A stretch of DNA of 64,000 nt from Minisyncoccota bacterium (GTDB lineage Bacteria > Patescibacteriota > Minisyncoccia > Phycocordibacterales > 21-14-all-36-13): positions 14,649 to 78,648 of the forward strand of contig JBAZZJ010000002.1 in assembly GCA_041658885.1 (NCBI GenBank). Direction: 5' to 3'. This document shows positions 35,473 to 44,600 of this stretch, one piece after another. Position numbers and translations under genes: made by a program. Under the pieces are notes generated by a model that saw nothing but the letters and a program-made list of their open reading frames with translations, did not search any database and was not told the DNA's origin. Numbering within the stretch: the stretch's first letter is position 1; each line of letters begins with the position of its first letter.

Positions 35473-35599
35473 AGTTGTTTTTAACTACGGTCAGCGGCTG
35501 CACTCACATAGAACTTAACATGGAGCTCGCACCCGCTGGCCTTAATTGAATGAAACTAACGCAGACAAAAATCATTCCAGTTAACTGGAATGATTTTTA
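35473..35599 (+). ncRNA. candidate small RNA 2 (about 125 nt)
   Basis: TTGTTT-17-TGaTATATT promoter (35438-35466), stem GGTCAGCGG/CCGCTGGCC (35489-35541), and perfect terminator ATCATTCCAG-TTAA-CTGGAATGAT followed by TTTT. Confidence 0.3.
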
Positions 35600-35670
35600 G
35601 TTTATAATAATATTTTTTTGAATTCATTTTTTTAAATTTTAAATTGTAATTTTTAATTTTTAGGAGCTCG

Positions 35671-35745
35671 CCCCGTTAGAAGTTTAATATTAGATGCGAT
35701 TTAATAATAAACAAAGCCGTTAGGCGAATTCGTTTTCGTTCTCTA
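35671..35745. repeat. family C copy 2, 5' half only
   Basis: CCCCGTTAGAAGTTTAATATTAGATGCGATTTAATAATAAACAAAGCCGTTAGGCGAATTCGTTTTCG aligns with 58194-58260. No 3' arm is present. Confidence 0.6.
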
Positions 35746-35758
35746 AAAAATATTTTTT

Positions 35759-35790
35759 GTTTTTATGTTTTTATGATTTTGTGTTTTTAT
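35759..35790. repeat. 8-nt tandem repeat GTTTTTAT x4 (reverse complement of the ATAAAAAC-type post-stop repeats)
   Basis: gtttttat gtttttat gattttgt gtttttat. Confidence 0.75.
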
Positions 35791-35800
35791 GAACACAGAG

Positions 35801-35809
35801 TTATCCACA
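35801..35809 (+). promoter_or_regulatory. perfect DnaA-box consensus TTATCCACA
   Basis: Exact 9-mer. One of three in the window, all intergenic and all on the + strand. Confidence 0.4.
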
Positions 35810-35907
35810 AAATTTCAAAAAAATTCTTGTTTTTACTTTCTTTATATAAGATAATTAATACATATTAAAGTTGTGATGTTGTTAATTTATGCGAAATATT
35901 TTTTAAT

Positions 35908-35992
35908 CCAGCACTTATTTTTGTAACCAATTATTTTTCCACTATTAATTTTTTATAATATTTTTTGAATGGGAAACAAAAATAAGTGCTGG
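35908..35992. repeat. inverted-repeat element, family D copy 3
   Basis: CCAGCACTTATTTTTGT (35908-35924) is the perfect reverse complement of ACAAAAATAAGTGCTGG (35976-35992). Confidence 0.75.
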
Positions 35993-36057
35993 AAAAAAAT
36001 AAGGTCGGACATCTTCAACTAAAATACTTTGACATTAAGTTAAAGTAAAAAATAAAA

Positions 36058-36150
36058 ATGAAAAAAAGAAAAGTAGCAAAGAAAAAAGTAGTAAAGAAAG
36101 CTCCAAAAAGAAAAACGACAAAGAAATCAGCAAAGAAAAGAAAAAAATAA
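36058..36150 (+). CDS. 30-aa extremely basic peptide MKKRKVAKKKVVKKAPKRKTTKKSAKKRKK
   Basis: Below the ORF-track cutoff and translated by hand. A strong terminator follows immediately. No obvious SD. Confidence 0.4.
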   Translation: MKKRKVAKKKVVKKAPKRKTTKKSAKKRKK

Positions 36151-36163
36151 CATCAGCATAAAA

Positions 36164-36205
36164 AATAACCGCTAAAATCCTCAAGATTTAAGCGGTTATT
36201 TTTAT
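36164..36205 (+). terminator. intrinsic terminator
   Basis: AATAACCGCTAAAATC-ctcaa-GATTTAAGCGGTTATT followed by TTTT. Confidence 0.75.
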
Positions 36206-36209
36206 TTTC

Positions 36210-36252
36210 CAAAATATACAGATGAGCCGATAGGCGAAGAGAATATATTTTG
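36210..36252. repeat. short hairpin, family E
   Basis: CAAAATATA ... TATATTTTG with a GAGCCGATAGGCGAAGAGAA loop. Confidence 0.5.
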
Positions 36253-36256
36253 AGAA

Positions 36257-36397
36257 CCCCTTCATCAATTTTGATTCGGTTTATTGTTTAATTCTGTATA
36301 AGTATGAGATTTATATTCTCTCGCAACGCAGAGCTGGAATAAGCCGAGCGTTAGCGAGTGCGTTGCCACGAGAATATTGTTCAAAATTGATGTGGGG
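36257..36397 (+). promoter_or_regulatory. long nested hairpin in the secA upstream region
   Basis: Outer stem CCCC-TT-CATCAATTTTGA / TCAAAATTGATG-T-GGGG. Inner stem ATATTCTCTCGCAACGCA / TGCGTTGCCACGAGAATAT. It ends 57 nt before the secA ATG. Confidence 0.5.
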
Positions 36398-36454
36398 TGG
36401 GGTGAAAATATTTGGATTTTGTGTTAAAATACCACGACAAAATAAGACAAAACA

Positions 36455-38950
36455 ATGGCCATAAATCTAATAAGTAAAATTTTTAAAGACGAAAACACAA
36501 AATCTCTCCAAAAAATAGAGCTGATTGTAAAAAAGATAAATTCTCTTGAAAAAGAGGTTTCTTCTTTGTCTGATGAGAAATTAAAAGACAAAACGAAAGA
36601 ATTTAAGAAAAAACTTAAAGAAGGGCAAACTCTTGATGATTTGTTGCCTGAAGCATTTGCTGTCGTTAGAGAAGTCTCAAAAAGGACCCTCAAACAAAGA
36701 CACTTTGATGTTCAGTTGATGGGTGGAATTATTTTACACAATGGAAGCATCGTCGAGATGAAAACAGGAGAAGGGAAAACTCTCGCGGCGACACTCCCAA
36801 CATATTTAAATGCACTTACAGAAAAAGGAGTTCATGTTGTTACGGTTAACGACTATCTCGCAAGAAGAGATGCTGTTTGGATGGGTCAAATATATTCTTT
36901 TTTGGGTTTGAGCATTGGAATTATAAACAACGGAGCGTCTTATTTGTATGATTCAAAATATGAAAAGAAAGAAGACGACCAAGAAAGAGATGAATTTGGA
37001 TACTTTAAAATCTCTCATAGTTTTTTAAGACCATGTGAGAGAAAAGATGTTTATAAAGCAGATATTACTTACGGAACAAATAATGAATACGGGTTTGATT
37101 ATTTGAGAGACAATATTGCTTATAAAAAAGAAGAATTAAGACAAAGGGAATTCAATTATGCGATTGTTGACGAAATTGACTCTATCTTAATTGATGAGGC
37201 GAGGACACCTCTCATTATTTCTGCTCCGACTATAGAGTCCGAAGACTTGTACAGAAAATTTTCAGACATAGCCAACAAATTAAAAAAAGATGAAGACTAC
37301 GAAGTTGACGAAAAATTAAAAGCCACAACTCTCACAGATAACGGAATTGAAAAGGCCGAAAAATTTCTTGGTATTGAAAATATTTACACAGAAATGGGAA
37401 TAAAATATGTTCATCATTTGGAAACTGCCATTCGTGCGAAAGCCCTATTTGCTAAAGACAAAGATTATGTTGTTCGTGACGGACAGGTTTTAATAGTTGA
37501 CCAATTTACAGGGAGAATTCTTCTGGGAAGAAGATACTCGGAAGGGATACATCAAGCAATTGAAGCAAAAGAAAAAGTTTTTGTTCAAAGAGAATCTCGC
37601 ACATTTGCATCAATAACATTCCAAAATTATTTTAGATTGTATAAAAAACTATCTGGTATGACAGGTACTGCAATGACATCGGCAGAAGAATTTAGAAAAG
37701 TTTACGGATTAGACACAATTAACATTCCAACAAATCAACCAATAAAAAGAGAAGACAGACAAGATTTAATATTTCAGACAGAACAAGGGAAATTTAAAGC
37801 AGTAGCAAACAAAATAAAAGAATTAAACCAGAGTGGTCAGCCGGTTCTCATAGGCACAGTTTCAATAGAAAGAAATGAGCTCCTTTCGGAATATCTTTCT
37901 ATACAAGGAGTAAAACATAATATATTGAACGCTAAAAATCACGAAAAAGAGGGAGAAATAATTGCCGAAGCAGGCAAAAAAGGATTTGTAACAATTGCCA
38001 CAAACATGGCTGGTAGAGGAGTTGACATTAAATTGGGTGGGCAGTCGGCTACAGAAGAAGAATACAATGAAGTCAGAAATCTTGGTGGGCTTTTTGTATT
38101 AGGGACCGAAAGGCACGAGGCAAGAAGAATTGATAATCAGTTAAGAGGTCGTTCGGGTAGACAGGGAGATTCAGGAGAAACCCAGTTTTTTGTTTCACTA
38201 GAAGATGATTTGATGAGGGTTTTTGCTTCAGATTCAATTAAAAAAATGATGAATAGATTTGGCATTCCAGAGGATCAACCTATTGAAAATAAAATGATAA
38301 CGAAGGCTCTTGAATCTGCACAGACAAAAATAGAAGGTTTTAACTTTGATTCTAGAAGACATATTCTTGAATTTGATGATGTTATGAATCATCAAAGAAG
38401 AACAATCTATGAAAGAAGAAGAAAGATATTGTTTGCAGATAATATTTTTTTGAAAGAGTTTTTGGAAGAGAGAACCGATGATTTAATTGAATTTAAAAAG
38501 ACGTTTGAAGAAAAGCTGTTGTTATTAGGTGAAAAAGATTTTTTTGAAACAGTAAGACAAATAATTTTACAAACAATTGATATGTTTTGGGTTGAACATT
38601 TGGAGATGATGGATTACATGCGTTCAAGTGTTAATTTGAGAGCGTATGGTCAAAGAGACCCTCTTGTTGAATACAAAAGAGAAGGGCTTTCAATGTTTAA
38701 ACAAATGGAATTTAATATAGATGAACAAATTTTTCAACTTTTTCCAAGAATAGGAGAAGGAATGAAATTAAACGAGAAGGAAAGAGAATTAAATGAAATA
38801 CATGAAAGCGGTAAGATAATAGGAGAATCTGATAAAAATTCCTCGACTACGCTCGGAACAGGCAAAAGTGTGGATGGACATAAGATAGGAAGAAATGATC
38901 CATGTCCGTGTGGTAGTGGTAAAAAATATAAAAAGTGTCATGGACAATAA
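36455..38950 (+). CDS. secA: preprotein translocase ATPase SecA
   Basis: MKTGEGKTLAATLP, VDEIDSILIDEARTPLIIS, TNMAGRGVDIKLGG and the C-terminal zinc motif CPCGSGKKYKKCHG. Confidence 0.97.
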   Translation: MAINLISKIFKDENTKSLQKIELIVKKINSLEKEVSSLSDEKLKDKTKEFKKKLKEGQTLDDLLPEAFAVVREVSKRTLKQRHFDVQLMGGIILHNGSIVEMKTGEGKTLAATLPTYLNALTEKGVHVVTVNDYLARRDAVWMGQIYSFLGLSIGIINNGASYLYDSKYEKKEDDQERDEFGYFKISHSFLRPCERKDVYKADITYGTNNEYGFDYLRDNIAYKKEELRQREFNYAIVDEIDSILIDEARTPLIISAPTIESEDLYRKFSDIANKLKKDEDYEVDEKLKATTLTDNGIEKAEKFLGIENIYTEMGIKYVHHLETAIRAKALFAKDKDYVVRDGQVLIVDQFTGRILLGRRYSEGIHQAIEAKEKVFVQRESRTFASITFQNYFRLYKKLSGMTGTAMTSAEEFRKVYGLDTINIPTNQPIKREDRQDLIFQTEQGKFKAVANKIKELNQSGQPVLIGTVSIERNELLSEYLSIQGVKHNILNAKNHEKEGEIIAEAGKKGFVTIATNMAGRGVDIKLGGQSATEEEYNEVRNLGGLFVLGTERHEARRIDNQLRGRSGRQGDSGETQFFVSLEDDLMRVFASDSIKKMMNRFGIPEDQPIENKMITKALESAQTKIEGFNFDSRRHILEFDDVMNHQRRTIYERRRKILFADNIFLKEFLEERTDDLIEFKKTFEEKLLLLGEKDFFETVRQIILQTIDMFWVEHLEMMDYMRSSVNLRAYGQRDPLVEYKREGLSMFKQMEFNIDEQIFQLFPRIGEGMKLNEKERELNEIHESGKIIGESDKNSSTTLGTGKSVDGHKIGRNDPCPCGSGKKYKKCHGQ

Positions 38951-39326
38951 AGCAACTATAAAACACATAGAATTCTGGACTTCTGATTTAGATCGTTCAA
39001 TTAAGTTTTATGAAGACATTTTTGGGCTAATTGGGTGGGAAAAAATTGAGGCAAATGCCTTTAGTAATGGAGAAACCAAGATTTATTTCATTCAACAGCA
39101 TGTTAAATCAGAAAAAACGGTTGGTCCTAGACACTTATGTTTTTTGGCAAATTCGCAGCGGGTCGTGGACGAGGTTGCTAATTTTCTTCTGAAAGTTAAG
39201 GCCGATATAATTCGTGGCCCAGTAAAATCGAAGTACAATGGTAATGAGTCGTATACCATAGATTTTAGAGATCCGGATGGATATATTATTGAAGTGGCAA
39301 CTAAGTCGGAGCTCCTGCGGGAATAG
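38940..39326 (+). CDS. VOC (glyoxalase/bleomycin-resistance) family protein
   Basis: IKHIEFWTSDLDRSIKFYEDIFGL...DPDGYIIEV. Start taken at the ATG that overlaps the secA stop by 11 nt. Confidence 0.7.
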   Translation: MDNKATIKHIEFWTSDLDRSIKFYEDIFGLIGWEKIEANAFSNGETKIYFIQQHVKSEKTVGPRHLCFLANSQRVVDEVANFLLKVKADIIRGPVKSKYNGNESYTIDFRDPDGYIIEVATKSELLRE

Positions 39327-39540
39327 TAATAAGTCGAAGAAATGTCACGGTAAATAAGCCTCAAAATAAGGCCTCCAACGAAGTAATAACTCATTTTAGG
39401 TGTTTAAAATGCCAAAAATGGTGGTCTGTGAGCTCAATACCGAAAAACAAGAAAAAATGGTATTGTCCATGGTGCGGGGAAGAGCAGAAATAGACTATTT
39501 TTTTTAAATTAAGCTATAATATTACTACCTACATATCTCA

Positions 39541-40965
39541 ATGGCTAAAAAATATGAACCAACAATAGGGCTTGAAATTCACACTGAATTAAAGACAAAT
39601 ACAAAGATGTTTTGTAGTTGTAAAAATGACCTTGAAGAAAAAAGACCTAATATTAATGTATGTCCTGTGTGTATGGCACACCCAGGAACTTTGCCTGTTA
39701 TGAATAAGGAGGCAATAAAAAGTGTTTTGAAGGTTGGTATGGCTTTGGATGGTAGAATTGCTGACTATACAGAATTTGATAGAAAGAATTATTTCTATCC
39801 CGACATACCAAAAGGATATCAAATAAGTCAGTATAAACACCCACTTGTTTTAGGTGGAGAACTTGTTGGAGTAAAAATAACAAGAATTCATCTTGAAGAA
39901 GATACAGCAAAATCTGTTCATGACAGAGGAGACTTTAGTTTGATTGATTACAACAGAGCTGGAGTACCACTGATGGAACTTGTTACTGAACCAGTAATTA
40001 AAGACGGAGCAACTGCTGTAAAATTTGCAAAAGAACTCCAATTAATTTTGAGATATTTAAATGTGAGTGATGCAGATATGGAAAAAGGTCAGATGCGTTT
40101 GGAGACGAATATTTCTGTTTCAGAAAATAAAAATAAATTAGGAACGAAAGTTGAAGTAAAAAATTTAAACTCATTTAGGTCAGTCGGACTTGCGATTGAT
40201 TATGAAATAAAAAGACAGACAGATGTGTTGGAGAGGGGAGAGGAGATAAAACAGGAGACGAGAGGTTGGAATGAAAACAAACAAGAAACTTTTTCTCAAA
40301 GAGAAAAAGAATCTTCTCACGACTACAGATATTTTCCCGAACCAGATTTACCAAAATTAAAAATAAGTGAGATAGAAGAATTTTCAAAAAAATCTCTCTC
40401 AAAAGAAATTCCAGAACTTCCATCAGAGAAAAGAGAAAGATACAAAAAAGAATATGGAATCAAAGATGAAAATATAGAAATTTATATTACAAATGAGAAG
40501 TTAAGAAGTCTTTTTGAAGAAACAATTAAAGAATTTAAAAATAATAAAAATCTTATCAAGTTGGTATCAAATTATATTACATCGGACATTGTTGGTTTTT
40601 CAAAAGGAGAGAATGGTGTGGTTGGGAAAATAGAGCCAAAAAATTTAGCAAGAATGATTGAAATGATTGAGGAAAGTCTAATTTCATCAAGAGGAGCAAA
40701 AGACGTTTTATTAATGATGTATGAAAAAGGTGGAAATCCGAAGGAAATTGCAAAAAGTAAGAATTTGCTTCAAGTTAGCGACGAAAACAGGCTAAAAAAA
40801 ATAGTAGAAAAAGTCATAAAAAACAACCAAAAAGTAATAGAAACCTATAAAAATGGGAATGAGGCTTCATTACAATACCTTGTAGGGCAAGGAATGAAGG
40901 AAAGTGGAGGATCTGCTAATCCAAATGCTCTTAAAAAGCTTATAATCTCGGCCCTATCTAGTTAA
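39541..40965 (+). CDS. gatB: Asp-tRNA(Asn)/Glu-tRNA(Gln) amidotransferase subunit B
   Basis: YEPTIGLEIHTELKTNTKMFCSC, NINVCPVCMAHPGTLPV, RIHLEEDTAK and DYRYFPEPDLP. Confidence 0.97.
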   Translation: MAKKYEPTIGLEIHTELKTNTKMFCSCKNDLEEKRPNINVCPVCMAHPGTLPVMNKEAIKSVLKVGMALDGRIADYTEFDRKNYFYPDIPKGYQISQYKHPLVLGGELVGVKITRIHLEEDTAKSVHDRGDFSLIDYNRAGVPLMELVTEPVIKDGATAVKFAKELQLILRYLNVSDADMEKGQMRLETNISVSENKNKLGTKVEVKNLNSFRSVGLAIDYEIKRQTDVLERGEEIKQETRGWNENKQETFSQREKESSHDYRYFPEPDLPKLKISEIEEFSKKSLSKEIPELPSEKRERYKKEYGIKDENIEIYITNEKLRSLFEETIKEFKNNKNLIKLVSNYITSDIVGFSKGENGVVGKIEPKNLARMIEMIEESLISSRGAKDVLLMMYEKGGNPKEIAKSKNLLQVSDENRLKKIVEKVIKNNQKVIETYKNGNEASLQYLVGQGMKESGGSANPNALKKLIISALSS

Positions 40966-41029
40966 TAGGGGATTTAAAAATATTTTAAATTAAAAACCAA
41001 GTTTGGGCTTTTTTTTGTTTAAATTCTCT

Positions 41030-41127
41030 GTGAAACATTAAATAGATTTTGACGAGATAAACGAGATATTCTTATTTTGAAATCTTTTTTAGAATTTCTC
41101 GTATAAATATTTTTTTAATGTTTCACA
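41030..41127. repeat. nested hairpin element upstream of the giant gene
   Basis: TGTGAAACATTAAA (41030-41043) is the perfect reverse complement of TTTAATGTTTCACA (41114-41127). There is an inner GAGATATTCT/AGAATTTCTC pairing. Confidence 0.65.
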
Positions 41128-41534
41128 CATTGGTTTTTATATCAGTTTTTTTAAATGGTTTTAAAAGTTTAAATTTTGTTTTTATTTGCATCTCTAATTA
41201 AAGCTATTCTGGTGGTGGCCTCTAATTTAATCAAATTTGATTCAGGTGAAGTCTATTTTTAGTACTCGGTCTTTTTTGTTTGTAATAAAAATATTTTATT
41301 GACATTTTTAACCTCATAATGACAAATTAAAAATGTATTTTTATATCAAACTATCTACTATAAAAAACCAATAAAATTTTTTATTAAAAAATTACTAATT
41401 TTGTATTCATTTTTTGTCACAAAAATGATGTTTTTGGGAGTTTCACACCAATCTCGGTTCTTTCTCGTCTAAGTTTTTTAAATTTAGCTTAAACAAAAAA
41501 CATCTCGTCTCTCTTTTTCTTGTTTAGACGAGAT

Positions 41535-41543
41535 TTATCCACA
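41535..41543 (+). promoter_or_regulatory. perfect DnaA-box consensus TTATCCACA, 60 nt upstream of the giant gene
   Basis: Exact 9-mer directly abutting the hairpin ATCTCGTCT-N15-AGACGAGAT (41502-41534). Confidence 0.4.
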
Positions 41544-41602
41544 GTTTTATTAATGTTTTTGGCATTTTGAATGTAAAATATAAGTAGTAAAAATTACTGA
41601 AA

Positions 41603-44600
41603 ATGAAAGACGAAATTTTCATAAAAGGGGAGAAATATATTACTACTAAATCTGCATCTGAATTGACCAACTACACGAGTGATTATGTAGGTCAACTTTC
41701 TCGTTCAAATAAAATCAAATCAACGATGATAGGGCATACAAGATATGTGTGTGAAGACGATATTTTGAATTATGGTGAAAATGGAGGTGTTTTAATTAAT
41801 GACAAAAAATATATATCTACAAAAAAAGCTTCTGAATTGACGGGCTATACAAGTGATTATGTAGGACAGATATCTCGTAGTGGAATAATAAAATCTAAAT
41901 TAGTTGGAAAAACTAAATTTGTTGAAGAAATTGAAATTTTAGAATACGCAAAAAAATTTGGTAGAACAAATTTTATAGAGAATAATTTAAACGAAGAAGA
42001 AAAAGATACTTTAGCAAAAAAAATAATTGGTGATAAAAAAGAAAAAAATTTTGTTAAAACAAAAGATGTAAAATATTTTGACGATAATTTCTCTCTAATT
42101 CCAGAATTAAAAAAAGACAGGGAAGGTTTTTCAAAAGAAAAATATTTATCTGAGCAGACAAAAAAAATAATTTCTCCATTTGAAAAACCAACATCGTTTG
42201 CAAGCGATGCACTCTTTAAAAAAGTTGTAGCACTTTGTTTGGCAATAACTGTGATTCTTGGACCATATGCTTTTATGCAAACTCCGTACGCGGAAGCTTC
42301 ACAGGAAAAATTAAAATCTCTCGCAAATAATGTTTATGAAATTGGAAGTGAAGTTATAGAAAAGATAAATAATGATGGAGTAATAATTTTAATAACAGAC
42401 TCAATTGCTTATACTAAAAATGTTTTAAAAGACAAAACAAAATCACTTGCTGTAAATACAGCGAGTGTGATTTTATCAGCAAATGTTCAAAAAACGAGTT
42501 TCTCAATTAAGAATTTTGCTAAGAAAATTTACGTATCTATAAACTCGCTTTTTGGAAAAAATGAAATAGATGAAAATATAGAATTAGTTCAATCAGATAA
42601 CTTGGTGTCTAAGACACCAAGTTCACCAAGTTCACCAAGTTCACCAAGTTTGTCAGATTTACCATTAACAAAAACAGTTGTAATTGAAGGCCCAACAAGG
42701 ATTGTAGAGAGAATATTGGAAAAACAATCAATTGTCAGTGGTATTTCAAAAGAAGAATTAGAAAGTAAGATTCAACAATTAGACAACAAATTAAGCTCAA
42801 AAATATATGCAGTTTCTTCTGGGACTCCAAATAGTGTCCAGACCGTTTACCAAATGGTGTCTCAAACGAACAAAATTGATAAATTAGTAAGCGGGGTTGA
42901 AATAGTTTCTCCAGCAATAACGGGGGGTACACTAAAAGACACAATAGTAACAGGTTCAACCTTTTCCGGAACCACAATGAGCGGTTCCACACTAACATTA
43001 ACCGGCGGAGCAACAGTTGGAGGCCAATTAATAGTTTCTGGAATATCAACGTCAACAATCGCAGGTGATACAAATTTTGATACAGGCACATTATTTATTG
43101 ATTCTTTGAATAATAGAATTGGAATAGGGACATCAACGCCACAATATGCGTTAGATATTGTCGGAACTTTAAATGTTTCAAGTATTGTGACATCTGCAGG
43201 AGAAACAATAGGCGGGAACCTTGATATAACGGGCAACACAACGCTCGGAAATGCTACAACTTCTGATAAAACATATTTCAACTCAAGAATAGGAACATCA
43301 CTAATACCAACAATAGATAATGTATTAGATATCGGAGATAGTTCAAATTGGTTGAGATGGAGGTCGGGATTTTTTGGAACATCTGTTGGAATCGGAGGAA
43401 CATCTACATCAACGGGCTCATCTCTCCTTTCATCTGGAGTTTACACAATTGATTCTATAAATGGGATTCTTTTTAATACAACAAACAATGCTTCAACCAC
43501 TTTTGGTACAGGTCTTGTGACTCTTCCAAATCTTTCTGGTACAAACGCAACAACGACCAACTCGACTTCGACGAACCTCTATTCGTCTACGCTCGTTGCA
43601 GGAAATGCAACTACTACGAACTTCTATACTTCTATATTTAATGCAGTATCTGGTATCTTTTCAAATTTAATCACAACAACATTCACAGCAACAAATTCAA
43701 CAACAACAAACGCCACAAGCACAACACTTGCAATAACAAACACAGCGACAACAAGCAATCTTATTGTTTCAAATGACACAACAATCTCATCTCTAACACC
43801 GTCAAGGTTAGTGTCTCTAAACAGTTCAAGAAAACTAACTAACACAGATTTATTCTCTTGGGTTTCAGGAACGACAAATCAAATTACAATCACAGACGAT
43901 TCTGATGGAACAATTACACTTTCACTTCCGCAAAATATTCACACATCAGCAAATCCAACATTTAATAATCTAACTCTCACAGGAACTCTAAACACAACAG
44001 GTTTATCATCTTTCACACAGGCGTCAACTACACGACTTTCTGTTTTTGATACTTTGTATGTTGGAGGAACTTCAACAACTACAATCACACAATCTGCAAT
44101 CAACATTCCAACAGGAGGAAATTATCAAATCAACGGAACAAGTGTTCTTTCCGCGACAGTACTTGGTTCAGGAGTTTTGTCCTCATCTCTCACAAGTGTC
44201 GGGACGCTCTCTTCTCTTACCATTGGAGGAACATTAGCAATGGGAGCAAACAATATTACATCTACTGGTTCACTAGGTGCTACCGGTGCCAGAATATTAA
44301 AAGGTTGGTTTACTGATTTAGAAAGTACCAATGCAATTGTAGGTTCTATTACTGGCAACGCCGCTACTGTCACTACTAATGCTAACTTGACTGGTCCAAT
44401 AACTTCTGTTGGTAATGCAACAGCGATTGCTTCACAAACAGGAACTGGAACAAAGTTTGTAGTAGATACTTCTCCAACTTTAATAACTCCTCAATTAGGT
44501 TATGCTTCATCTACTCAACTAAGTATCGGCTCGGACTACATAACAGATATAAATGGAACCGGATTAACACTTTCTGCCGGCGGAGTGCTTTCTCTTAACG

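Noticed and set aside
35473-35599. SRP (4.5S) RNA, RNase P RNA, 6S or tmRNA in the 35-36.4 kb non-coding island.
   Set aside because: None of the conserved cores was recognisable by eye: the GGAAGCAGC-type SRP domain IV, GAGGAAAGUCC of RNase P, or tRNA-like ends of tmRNA. This needs an Infernal/Rfam scan to be definitive.
35700-35900. Chromosomal replication origin (DnaA box plus AT-rich 8-mer repeats resembling a DNA-unwinding element).
   Set aside because: There is only one DnaA box here and the other two are 6 and 28 kb away. No dnaA or dnaN gene is nearby, and gene orientation does not switch at this point.
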